Assembly (NCBI RefSeq): GCF_000027125.1
Contig: NC_017626.1
Strand: one strand, 5' to 3'
Length of the DNA stretch: 64,000 nt
Source of the DNA: Escherichia coli 042
Lineage (GTDB): Bacteria; Pseudomonadota; Gammaproteobacteria; Enterobacterales; Enterobacteriaceae
The notes below the pieces were generated by a model, which saw only the letters and a program-made list of their open reading frames with translations, made no database searches and was not told where the DNA came from. Positions 22,210-31,114 of this stretch are shown one piece after another (the first letter of the stretch is position 1; the number at the start of each line of letters is the position of its first letter). The translations under genes were made by a program, and so were the position numbers.

Positions 22210-23664
22210 TTATTTTTCAATCGGATAGATAGTACCCGTGTTCATAATACCGTTAGGATCGAACTGCTTTTTCAGTCCTTCCAGCAACGCCCATGCGCTG
22301 CCGTGTTCCAGTTTGCTCCAGTGAACGCGATGTTTACCGATACCGTGGTGGTGCACCATCGAACCGCCGAGGCGAATGGTTTCTTCGCAGATGATTTTGT
22401 TGAGCGGATTGTGGTACTTGTCGATTTCCTCTTCCGGTTTGCAGTCTACAACGTTGTAGTCGTACACGAAGTACATGTTGGTGCCGTTCTGGTAGCTGTG
22501 AGAGGAGTGACCGCCCAGCATGGTGATGTCGTCGGCGTGTGGGAACTCGGTACGAATACGGTTGATGACGCTTTCGTAGATTTCGTGGATGCAGCTCCAG
22601 CAGCCGGACACTTCGGTGGTAAAGCCCATGTTGCCAGTTTTGAGGATCTGCACACGTTCGGCAGCCACTTTATCCGGCCCCCAGTTCAGGTTGTTAAACC
22701 AGGTTTCGATCAGTTTGCTGTCTACGCGCTGGCACTGCGGGTAGCGAGCAACAATTTCCGCAATCCCTTCGCCCGTCGCCTTCGCAATGCGTGGGTTACC
22801 TTCAGCCATAAAGATCAGCACGCATTTTCCGTCGGCAAAATGGGTGAAGTGTTGGGTGCCATCTTCAGCGTCATACAAACGAGCGATCGACGGACGATAC
22901 CCTTCCACCATGATTTCACGCAGGATGTTGAAGCCGGTTTTCATGTCTTCCAGGATATAGCCGTAGAAGAGGTTGTTTTCCGGGGTGAACTTAAAGATTT
23001 TCACAGTTACTTCAGTGATATAGCACAATGCACCTTCGTTGCCGATGATGATGTGACGAATGTCCGGGCCAGCTGCGCGGCGTGGCACGTTTTTAATACG
23101 TGTGACGGTGCCATCAGCCAATACTGCTTCCAGACCAACGACCATATCTTCGATTGCGCCGTAGAGTGTGGAAAACTGCCCGATACTGCGGGTCGCCACC
23201 AGGCCGCCCATCTGCGCCAGCGGCTTTGACTGCGGAGAATGCCCCGTGGTGTAACCTTTTTCACGCAACGCGTTTTCCAGCACCTCCAGCGGAACGCCAC
23301 ATTGCGCCGTGGCCTGCATATTCTCAATATCAATATTAATGATTTGATTCATGGCGGAGCCGTCGAGCACCACCGAGTTTTCCACAACGGTTTCCAGCCC
23401 ACCTTCGGTGGCGGAAGCACCGGTACGTGGCACACCGTTAATTTTGTGCGCATTCATAAAATTCAGCACACGGGAGACTTGTTCTGTGGAACCGAGTTTT
23501 ACGACCGCTGCCGGAATCGGCAAAGTATAAATACCATGAATATCCGGAAATTTACGAAAACGGTCAATACTGTTTTTCTTTAATACTGTTTCATCGGTAA
23601 TTACGCGATCTGCACCAACAATTTCCTTTAGCTGGTCGACAATCGCTGCGCGAGATAAAGACAT
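22210..23664 (-). CDS. ygcU: FAD-binding oxidase (FAD-linked oxidase / alkyl-DHAP-synthase-like family)
   Basis: 484 aa; FAD-binding PCMH-type domain signature region. Confidence 0.85.
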   Translation of the reverse strand: MSLSRAAIVDQLKEIVGADRVITDETVLKKNSIDRFRKFPDIHGIYTLPIPAAVVKLGSTEQVSRVLNFMNAHKINGVPRTGASATEGGLETVVENSVVLDGSAMNQIINIDIENMQATAQCGVPLEVLENALREKGYTTGHSPQSKPLAQMGGLVATRSIGQFSTLYGAIEDMVVGLEAVLADGTVTRIKNVPRRAAGPDIRHIIIGNEGALCYITEVTVKIFKFTPENNLFYGYILEDMKTGFNILREIMVEGYRPSIARLYDAEDGTQHFTHFADGKCVLIFMAEGNPRIAKATGEGIAEIVARYPQCQRVDSKLIETWFNNLNWGPDKVAAERVQILKTGNMGFTTEVSGCWSCIHEIYESVINRIRTEFPHADDITMLGGHSSHSYQNGTNMYFVYDYNVVDCKPEEEIDKYHNPLNKIICEETIRLGGSMVHHHGIGKHRVHWSKLEHGSAWALLEGLKKQFDPNGIMNTGTIYPIEK

Positions 23665-23733
23665 AGTAATTCCTTCCTGATAATAAAAATGGAATAATCA
23701 TTAATAAGAGAAAACAGAAACCACCGTTATGGA

Positions 23734-24519
23734 TTAGCGCACTAAATAACCGCCATCAACCACTAATAAATGTCCGTTGACATAATTCGATGCCGGACTT
23801 GCGAGGAATACGGCTGCGCCCATTAAATCCTGAGTATCGCCCCAACGGTTTGCCGGAATATGTTCAAGAACGCGCTGGTTAGTTTCTGGATTACTACGGG
23901 TCGCCAGAGTGATATCGGTAGCGTAATATCCCGGGGCAATACCATTCACCTGAATATTATATTGACCTAATTCATCGCAATAGGCTTTGGTGAATCCGGC
24001 AAGAGCATGTTTAGTGGCAGAATAAGCAGGTGACCATTGTCCACCTAAGTAAGAGAACAATGAACAGATATTAATGATTTTACCGCTTTTCTGCGGGATC
24101 ATAATTTTTGCAGCTTCATAGCTTAACTCGAATGCGGCGGTCAGGTTCACATCAATCATTGGATCCCAGTCGGCACGACCGAAGTCCAGCACCTTATTCA
24201 GCTTACAAATACCGGCATTGTTAACCAGAATATCGACGGTACCGAAACGTTCGCAACAGGCGGCGATTATCTTCTGCGGCGCGCCTTTTGCGGTGATATC
24301 CACCTGCATAAAATCAACTTCAACACCCTGTTTTTCAATCATTCCCTTTGTTTCGCCGTTATCTTTAACGAAGCTTGGAATAAAGATATTTGCACCAGCT
24401 TTGGCCAGCGCCATGGCAAATGCCTGGCCTAAACCGCTATTCCCGCCGGTAACAATTGCGGTTTTACCTTTCAGGGAGAAAAAATCCATTGAGAACGCAT
24501 TGAGAGATTCGATTGACAT
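23734..24519 (-). CDS. ygcW: short-chain dehydrogenase/reductase (KduD-like)
   Basis: Track ORF 23734..24594; start placed at MSIESLNAFSMDFFSLKGK (about 24519); Rossmann motif TGGNSGLG and catalytic YSATK. Confidence 0.88.
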   Translation of the reverse strand: MSIESLNAFSMDFFSLKGKTAIVTGGNSGLGQAFAMALAKAGANIFIPSFVKDNGETKGMIEKQGVEVDFMQVDITAKGAPQKIIAACCERFGTVDILVNNAGICKLNKVLDFGRADWDPMIDVNLTAAFELSYEAAKIMIPQKSGKIINICSLFSYLGGQWSPAYSATKHALAGFTKAYCDELGQYNIQVNGIAPGYYATDITLATRSNPETNQRVLEHIPANRWGDTQDLMGAAVFLASPASNYVNGHLLVVDGGYLVR

Positions 24520-24837
24520 AGTTAGCTCCAATTTCCGTAAGGCAAAAAAAAAGAAAGGTAACTTCCCCCGCGAGAGGGAAGTTACCTTTCTCATTATCTC
24601 TGGTAACTGGAGATAATTTTTATCATAAGGGCATAATCGCTAATGTGATCGTAATCACAGTGTTATATTCGAATTGTCAAATAATTTTAAAAAGCAGAAG
24701 CGTGATTACTCTCACACAACACCACTGCTTTCCATGTTATTTCTTATTGCAATTACTAGAGACCTGAGAAAAGTAATCCACCTGAAAGGGCGGCTTACTT
24801 TTCTCTTTTTTTTGTCTATTACAAATGGGAATACGAT

Positions 24838-26115
24838 ATGCAACACAACTCATATCGCCGTTGGATAACCCTCGCGATAATTAGTTTTAGCGGCGGCGTT
24901 AGTTTCGACCTGGCTTATTTACGTTATATTTATCAAATTCCCATGGCGAAATTTATGGGATTCAGCAATACCGAGATAGGTTTAATAATGAGTACCTTTG
25001 GTATTGCGGCTATTATTCTTTATGCCCCCAGCGGCGTTATTGCCGATAAATTTTCACACCGCAAAATGATTACTTCCGCGATGATCATTACCGGATTACT
25101 GGGTCTGTTAATGGCAACATATCCACCGCTGTGGGTAATGCTCTGTATTCAGGTCGCCTTTGCGATAACGACGATTTTAATGCTGTGGTCGGTGTCGATT
25201 AAAGCCGCCTCGTTGCTGGGCGATCATAGCGAGCAAGGGAAAATTATGGGCTGGATGGAAGGGCTGCGCGGCGTCGGTGTAATGTCGCTGGCGGTGTTTA
25301 CCATGTGGGTCTTTTCTCGCTTTGCACCGGATGACAGCGCCAGCCTGAAAACGGTCATTATTATCTATAGTGTGGTTTACATTCTGCTGGGCATTTTGTG
25401 TTGGTTTTTTGTTAGCGATAACAACAACCTGCGCAATACCAATAACGAAGAAAAACAGTCATTCCAGCTTAGCGACATCCTGGCTGTTTTGCGCATCAGC
25501 ACCACCTGGTATTGCAGCATGGTGATTTTTGGTGTCTTCACCATCTACGCCATTCTGAGTTACTCCACCAACTATCTGACCGAAATGTACGGCATGTCGC
25601 TGGTGGCGGCGAGCTACATGGGGATTGTGATCAACAAAATCTTCCGCGCACTGTGCGGCCCACTTGGTGGCATTATCACCACCTACAGCAAAGTGAAATC
25701 CCCTACCCGCGTGATCCAAATCCTTTCCGTACTCGGCTTGCTGGCGTTAACTGCCCTGCTCGTCACGAACTCTAACCCGCAATCGGTCGCGATGGGGATT
25801 GGCCTGATTTTACTGCTGGGATTCACCTGTTACGCCTCACGCGGGCTGTACTGGGCCTGCCCTGGCGAAGCGAGAACACCGTCTTACATTATGGGCACCA
25901 CGGTAGGTATTTGTTCGGTGATTGGATTCCTGCCGGATGTCTTCGTTTACCCGATTATCGGCTACTGGCAAGACACCCTGCCCGCTGCAGAAGCCTACCG
26001 CAATATGTGGCTGATGGGCATGGCGGCGCTTGCCATGGTGATCGTCTTTACCTTTTTGCTGTTCCAAAAAATTCGTACTGCTGATAGCGCCCCTGCTATG
26101 GCTAGCAGCAAGTAA
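24838..26115 (+). CDS. yqcE: MFS transporter
   Basis: 425 aa, polytopic hydrophobic profile; position between ygcW and ygcE. Confidence 0.85.
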   Translation: MQHNSYRRWITLAIISFSGGVSFDLAYLRYIYQIPMAKFMGFSNTEIGLIMSTFGIAAIILYAPSGVIADKFSHRKMITSAMIITGLLGLLMATYPPLWVMLCIQVAFAITTILMLWSVSIKAASLLGDHSEQGKIMGWMEGLRGVGVMSLAVFTMWVFSRFAPDDSASLKTVIIIYSVVYILLGILCWFFVSDNNNLRNTNNEEKQSFQLSDILAVLRISTTWYCSMVIFGVFTIYAILSYSTNYLTEMYGMSLVAASYMGIVINKIFRALCGPLGGIITTYSKVKSPTRVIQILSVLGLLALTALLVTNSNPQSVAMGIGLILLLGFTCYASRGLYWACPGEARTPSYIMGTTVGICSVIGFLPDVFVYPIIGYWQDTLPAAEAYRNMWLMGMAALAMVIVFTFLLFQKIRTADSAPAMASSK

Positions 26116-26141
26116 GTCCAGAAAATTACAGGAGAAAAATC

Positions 26142-27620
26142 ATGTCGAAAAAATACATCATAGGGATTGATGGCGGAAGTCAGAGCACAAAAGTGGTGAT
26201 GTATGATCTGGAAGGTAATGTGGTTTGCGAAGGCAAAGACTTATTGCAGCCGATGCACACGCCAGATGCCGATACCGCAGAACATCCTGACGACGATTTA
26301 TGGGCATCATTATGTTTTGCCGGTCACGATTTGATGAGTCAGTTTGCCGGGAATAAAGAAGATATTGTCGGTATTGGTCTGGGCTCCATCCGTTGCTGCC
26401 GTGCGTTATTGAAAGCCGATGGCACGCCAGCTGCGCCGTTGATTAGCTGGCAGGATGCACGCGTTACACGCCCTTACGAACATACGAATCCTGACGTGGC
26501 ATATGTCACCTCTTTTTCAGGTTATCTGACGCATCGCTTAACCGGCGAGTTTAAAGACAATATCGCCAACTATTTTGGTCAGTGGCCGGTGGATTATAAG
26601 ACCTGGGCATGGAGTGAAGATGCCGCAGTCATGGAGAAGTTTAATATCCCCCGTCATATGCTGTTTGATGTGCAAATGCCTGGCACCGTCCTCGGACATA
26701 TCACACCACAAGCCGCACTGGCGACACATTTCCCGGCAGGACTGCCGGTTGTTTGTACCACCAGTGATAAACCGGTAGAAGCTCTGGGGGCCGGATTACT
26801 GGATAATGAAACTGCGGTAATTTCTCTTGGCACTTACATCGCATTGATGATGAACGGCAAAGCACTGCCGAAAGATCCGGTGGCGTACTGGCCAATTATG
26901 TCTTCTATTCCGCAAACATTGCTGTATGAAGGTTACGGTATCCGCAAAGGCATGTGGACAGTGAGCTGGCTGCGCGACATGTTAGGCGAGTCGTTAATTC
27001 AGGATGCCAAAGCACAGGATCTTTCACCGGAAGATTTACTCAACAAGAAAGCGTCTTGTGTGCCGCCTGGCTGTAATGGTCTGATGACGGTGCTGGACTG
27101 GCTGACCAATCCGTGGGAACCGTACAAACGCGGGATTATGATCGGCTTTGATTCCAGCATGGATTACGCATGGATATATCGTTCGATACTGGAAAGCGTG
27201 GCGCTGACGCTGAAGAACAATTACGACAATATGTGTAATGAAATGAATCACTTTGCAAAGCATGTGATCATTACTGGCGGTGGTTCGAACAGCGATCTGT
27301 TTATGCAGATTTTTGCCGACGTGTTCAACCTTCCGGCACGACGTAACGCCATTAATGGTTGTGCAAGTCTGGGGGCAGCGATTAATACGGCGGTAGGTCT
27401 GGGGCTATACCCGGATTACGCAACGGCTGTCGACAAAATGGTTCGCATGAAAGATATCTTTATGCCTGTTGAGAGCAACGCCAAACGCTACGACGCGATG
27501 AATAAAGGCATTTTCAAAGACCTAACCAAACACACTGATGTGATCCTGAAAAAATCGTATGAAGTGATGCATGGTGAGCTGGGGAATGAAGATTCGATCC
27601 AGAGCTGGTCGAATGCGTAA
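26142..27620 (+). CDS. ygcE: FGGY-family carbohydrate kinase
   Basis: 492 aa; N-terminal GIDGGSQSTK sugar-kinase motif and C-terminal ITGGGSNSDLFMQIFADVF. Confidence 0.88.
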   Translation: MSKKYIIGIDGGSQSTKVVMYDLEGNVVCEGKDLLQPMHTPDADTAEHPDDDLWASLCFAGHDLMSQFAGNKEDIVGIGLGSIRCCRALLKADGTPAAPLISWQDARVTRPYEHTNPDVAYVTSFSGYLTHRLTGEFKDNIANYFGQWPVDYKTWAWSEDAAVMEKFNIPRHMLFDVQMPGTVLGHITPQAALATHFPAGLPVVCTTSDKPVEALGAGLLDNETAVISLGTYIALMMNGKALPKDPVAYWPIMSSIPQTLLYEGYGIRKGMWTVSWLRDMLGESLIQDAKAQDLSPEDLLNKKASCVPPGCNGLMTVLDWLTNPWEPYKRGIMIGFDSSMDYAWIYRSILESVALTLKNNYDNMCNEMNHFAKHVIITGGGSNSDLFMQIFADVFNLPARRNAINGCASLGAAINTAVGLGLYPDYATAVDKMVRMKDIFMPVESNAKRYDAMNKGIFKDLTKHTDVILKKSYEVMHGELGNEDSIQSWSNA

Positions 27621-27667
27621 GTGAGGAAGACCGGGCGGGAAACTGCCCGGCCTGAACATACCTGAAT

Positions 27668-27804
27668 GGTTATCCCCGCTGACGCGGGGAACATAAGTTC
27701 GACAACTTAAAAAATGATAACAAGTCCGGTTTATCCCCGCTGATGCAGGGAACATAATAAAAACTTTAACTAGTTCGGTTTATCCCTGTTTTTACAAGGA
27801 ATAT
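27668..27804 (-). CRISPR. degenerate CRISPR remnant (CRISPR2.2-like): about 3 decayed repeats
   Basis: Decayed repeat copies at about 27668 (GGTTATCCCCGCTGACGCGGGGAACAT), 27727 (CGGTTTATCCCCGCTGATGCAGGGAACAT) and 27776 (CGGTTTATCCCTGTTTTTACAAGGAATAT); spacing 59 then 49 bp. Confidence 0.7.
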
Positions 27805-28257
27805 TAACTACACTCGATGTCTTTAGAATAAAAGACAATACGAATCGCACTTTATCAATTTTCACTTAAAGTATGAACTGGATATCTTTATTCATAAGAA
27901 CTATTCATCAACAGCGTATAGAGGCGATTATGTAAAATCACTCATTAGCCTCAAAACAAAGACAAATTTCCAGATTTATTACTTAATCAATGAATAATAA
28001 GCTTAAAAAATACACTGTTATTCTAAAGAAAAAATTAACAGGCATTAATTAATATTAAAAAAATAATATATTAAAATTTCTTAACGATTTAAGAATCATA
28101 CAAATAACACTTTGATTAAATTTAATTTTTTGTATCGATAATTGTGAACTTCTCTGGCATGGAGAACTATTTTGAACATGAGGTGTTACGTGGATATGTT
28201 GCTTATTACAAGTACTGCTAATATAAAAACTTGAGAAAGAGATAACGGGTTATATGG

Positions 28258-28408
28258 TGGTTTATCCCCGCTGGCGCGGGGAACTCTTGGCATAGGCGCT
28301 ATAGCGGCGCTCTGTGTCCGGTTTATCCCCGCTGACGTGGGGAACTCAAAGACAAATTTCTTTGTTCCTATGGCCAGACCGGTTTATCCCCGCTGGCGCG
28401 GGGAACTC
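28258..28408 (-). CRISPR. CRISPR array (CRISPR2.3-like): 3 repeats, 2 spacers
   Basis: Repeats at about 28258, 28319, 28380 with 61-bp period, consensus CGGTTTATCCCCGCTGGCGCGGGGAACTC; the middle repeat carries GACGTGGGG. Confidence 0.9.
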
Positions 28409-28500
28409 TCTAAACATAACCTATTATTAATTAATGATTTTTTAAGCCAGTCACAATCTACCAACTTTACAGTATCACACAAACAACACATCCATTATGT
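28409..28500 (-). promoter_or_regulatory. CRISPR leader for the 28258-28408 array
   Basis: AT-rich, abuts the terminal repeat, shares AAACATAAC and CAATCTACCAAC with the 2554-2649 leader. Confidence 0.65.
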
Positions 28501-28746
28501 TAAAGAGCATTTAATCCATTGATTAAAAAGATAAATATTTGAAATAACTCTATTCAAACTAAAATCTACCAAATTTCACCGCAATAATTTTCACTCCAAC
28601 GAAAAATTAACGCCATAAAATTTGTAGAGAATGATAATGATTAGTTCAGGATGGGCAAAATGGAGGTTTTTCAGAGGCGACAAAGAATATAAATGAGTAG
28701 AAGTCTTTACAGGTTCCACCCATTTATAACGCTTATAAATGTTTAA

Positions 28747-29418
28747 TCAGGCAATATTTAAATATTTATGCGTTTGCATCGACAAACGCCAGTTGCGCGC
28801 AATGCACGTATCGATACATAAACGAGTAGCATCATCCTTTTGGCTAATCGGCTGCAGTGCAATGACTCGCGGTTTATCATCGGTCAGTGTTGCCAGTAGT
28901 TCATCCAGTGCTTCAATATCACGTACGCGTCCCACTGGATGCTTGATTTCGTTGGCTCGCTCCAGTGCCTGTGACAACACTTCATAGCCGCCGCGCATGT
29001 TCAGCTTTGGCGATACGGTAACCCAGGTATTCGGTGTGCAGCGTACCTCATGAGTACCACTGGTTTCGATCTGGCAGCTAAAACCGTTCTTTTCGAGCAG
29101 GTCAGTCAGTGGCAGCAAATCATGAATGCAAGGCTCACCACCCGTAATCACCACATGCCGCGCGGTGTATCCCTGGCGACCAATGACAGCCAGCAAGTCT
29201 TCACTGCTCGCCGCCCCCCACTTATCACTCTCTTTGGTCTTCGCCAGAATGCTGAAAAGGGAGACTTCCCGATCCTCAAGCTTTTCCCAGGTGTGTTTGG
29301 TGTCGCACCAGGCACAGCCAACCGGGCATCCCTGTAAACGAATAAAAATGGCGGGGACGCCGGTAAAGTAACCCTCACCTTGCAGGGTCTGGAACATCTC
29401 GTTAATCGGGTACTGCAT
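28747..29418 (-). CDS. queE: 7-carboxy-7-deazaguanine synthase (radical SAM)
   Basis: 223 aa, MQYPINEMFQTLQGEGYFTGVPAIFIRLQGCPVGCAWCDTKHTWEK (radical-SAM Cys cluster). Confidence 0.93.
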   Translation of the reverse strand: MQYPINEMFQTLQGEGYFTGVPAIFIRLQGCPVGCAWCDTKHTWEKLEDREVSLFSILAKTKESDKWGAASSEDLLAVIGRQGYTARHVVITGGEPCIHDLLPLTDLLEKNGFSCQIETSGTHEVRCTPNTWVTVSPKLNMRGGYEVLSQALERANEIKHPVGRVRDIEALDELLATLTDDKPRVIALQPISQKDDATRLCIDTCIARNWRLSMQTHKYLNIA

Positions 29419-29590
29419 AGCATTCTCTGTGAAGTGGATAATTGTTAATTATTGCAGATCCTGCCACAACAATCATGTCTTATTAACATTCTGTTACAGG
29501 CAGGTTTAAGGCAAAAAGTGGATGAGATCATAAAGAATAAAATGAAGCGGCGTATTATGTTTTAAGGAATTAATTAAAAGGGACATAGAC

Positions 29591-30193
29591 ATGCTCAGGA
29601 TATTCATCGTAATTATATTTATTGCCAATTTATCAGGCTGTGGATATAACGATATTCAAACCTATGATGAGCAGGTTAACGCCTCCTGGTCTGAGGTATT
29701 GAATCAATATCAACGTCGCGCCGATCTTATTCCTAATCTTGTCGCCAGTATTAAAGGTTATTCCAGCCATGAACAAGAGGTACTGGAAGCCGTAACATTG
29801 GCACGTAGCCAGGCTAATCGCGCCAGTAGCGATCTTCAGCAAGCTCCGGGAGATGCGCAAAAATTACAAGCCTGGCAACAAGCCCAGGCGCAGGTGTCTC
29901 GCACTCTCGGTCAGTTAACGATAATTAGTGAACGTTACCCTGATTTAAAAGCTCAGGAACTCTATCAAAATTTAATGGTACAGCTCGAAGGAAGTGAAAA
30001 TAGAATTGCCGTTGCGCGAGGAAGATATATTAAAGCCATTGAACAATATAATGTCACTATCCGCAAATTCCCCGCTGTATTAACCGCAAAGGTCATGGAT
30101 TACACACCGAAGAAAAATTATTTGCCGGATGACGTCGCAGCTGTGAGTAAAGCACCAATAATAGATTTTAGCCAGAATGCTAATGCGCATTAA
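29591..30193 (+). CDS. LemA-family protein, probable lipoprotein / membrane-anchored
   Basis: 200 aa; N-terminal hydrophobic segment with lipobox-like LSGC; LemA-like core (ASWSEVLNQYQRRADLIPNLVASIKGY...ERYPDLKA...QLEGSENRIAVARGRY...YN). AAGGGA SD. Confidence 0.85.
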   Translation: MLRIFIVIIFIANLSGCGYNDIQTYDEQVNASWSEVLNQYQRRADLIPNLVASIKGYSSHEQEVLEAVTLARSQANRASSDLQQAPGDAQKLQAWQQAQAQVSRTLGQLTIISERYPDLKAQELYQNLMVQLEGSENRIAVARGRYIKAIEQYNVTIRKFPAVLTAKVMDYTPKKNYLPDDVAAVSKAPIIDFSQNANAH

Positions 30194-30206
30194 GCGGGGA
30201 AGTTAT

Positions 30207-31100
30207 ATGCGAAATTTTATCTTCCTTATGGCTTTCTTCTGTTCATCTGTGTTTGCCACACAAATTCCAGTACCTGAATCACCCAGGTATGTGAATGACT
30301 TAACCGGCACATTGACAAACAGTGAAGTAAACACCCTGACCAACCAGATTAAAGCCCTGACGCAAAAAAACAACGCACAGTTGGTCGTGTTAGTGGTTGA
30401 AACAACAGGCGATGAAACCATCGAGCAGTACGCAACGCGGGTATTCGATAGCTGGAAACCGGGTGATAAAGACCGCGATGATGGCGTTCTACTGTTAGTC
30501 GCCTGGCAGGATAATACCGTGCGTATTGAAATTGGTTACGGACTGGAAGGTATTATTACGGATGCGCAGTCCGGGAAAATTATTCGCAACAGTATTATTC
30601 CGGCATTTAAAAAAGGCGACCTGGCTGGCGGTTTACAAAAGGGGATCAGCGATATTGAAAGTCGTCTGACGGGGAATAATTTAGCAACGATAACACCGAC
30701 CGATTACCCTTTGCCCTTTAGTGGTTGGTGGGCTTTGTTAGTCTGGGCGATAGTACTGACGTTTATTTCTGCCAGAGGATATGTCAAAACACTGGGACTA
30801 ATTTGCTTCGCAGCTATTGTACTGGCCTTTGTTTTACCTATAGCAGGTTTCAGCGGAAGCTGGGGAGTGCTCGCAACATTACTCTGCTTCGCCACACCGT
30901 TCCTGGCTGTCGCCATCGCTTTTACTCCCTTCGGCAAAAAGGTTCGGGATTCGATGCGTAATACCAACCAGCCATCACGCCATACAAGAAACAATTCTTC
31001 CTCCCACTATTCGTCATCGTCATCCTCTTCATTCGACAATGACAATTTCCGCGGTGGTGGCGGTTCATCTGGTGGCGGTGGCGCTTCCGGGCGCTGGTAA
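30207..31100 (+). CDS. TPM-domain membrane protein (YgcG-like), paralog 1, Gly/Ser-rich C-terminal tail
   Basis: Track ORF 30177..31100; start placed at MRNFIFLMAFFCSSVFA (signal peptide). TPM-like domain (LVVLVVETTGDETIEQYATRVFDSWKPGD...GVLLLVAWQDNTVRIEIGYGLEG), then TM segments, tail ...FRGGGGSSGGGGASGRW. Confidence 0.85.
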   Translation: MRNFIFLMAFFCSSVFATQIPVPESPRYVNDLTGTLTNSEVNTLTNQIKALTQKNNAQLVVLVVETTGDETIEQYATRVFDSWKPGDKDRDDGVLLLVAWQDNTVRIEIGYGLEGIITDAQSGKIIRNSIIPAFKKGDLAGGLQKGISDIESRLTGNNLATITPTDYPLPFSGWWALLVWAIVLTFISARGYVKTLGLICFAAIVLAFVLPIAGFSGSWGVLATLLCFATPFLAVAIAFTPFGKKVRDSMRNTNQPSRHTRNNSSSHYSSSSSSSFDNDNFRGGGGSSGGGGASGRW

Positions 31101-31114
31101 CAAAAGGAATTGAT

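Noticed and set aside
22303-23229. 308-aa + strand ORF
   Set aside because: Antisense to ygcU; no recognisable motifs.
28348-28379. Possible self-targeting: spacer AAAGACAAATTTCTTTGTTCCTATGGCCAGAC shares about 13-14 nt (CAAAGACAAATTTC) with the sequence at about 27957-27970
   Set aside because: The match is short, AT-rich and partly includes the repeat-derived base; far below the length needed for interference, and likely chance or leader-derived similarity.
29419-29590. Possible riboswitch upstream of queE (queuosine pathway)
   Set aside because: No preQ1-type hairpin/pseudoknot motif recognisable in this interval; it is more simply a divergent promoter region between queE and the LemA-like gene.
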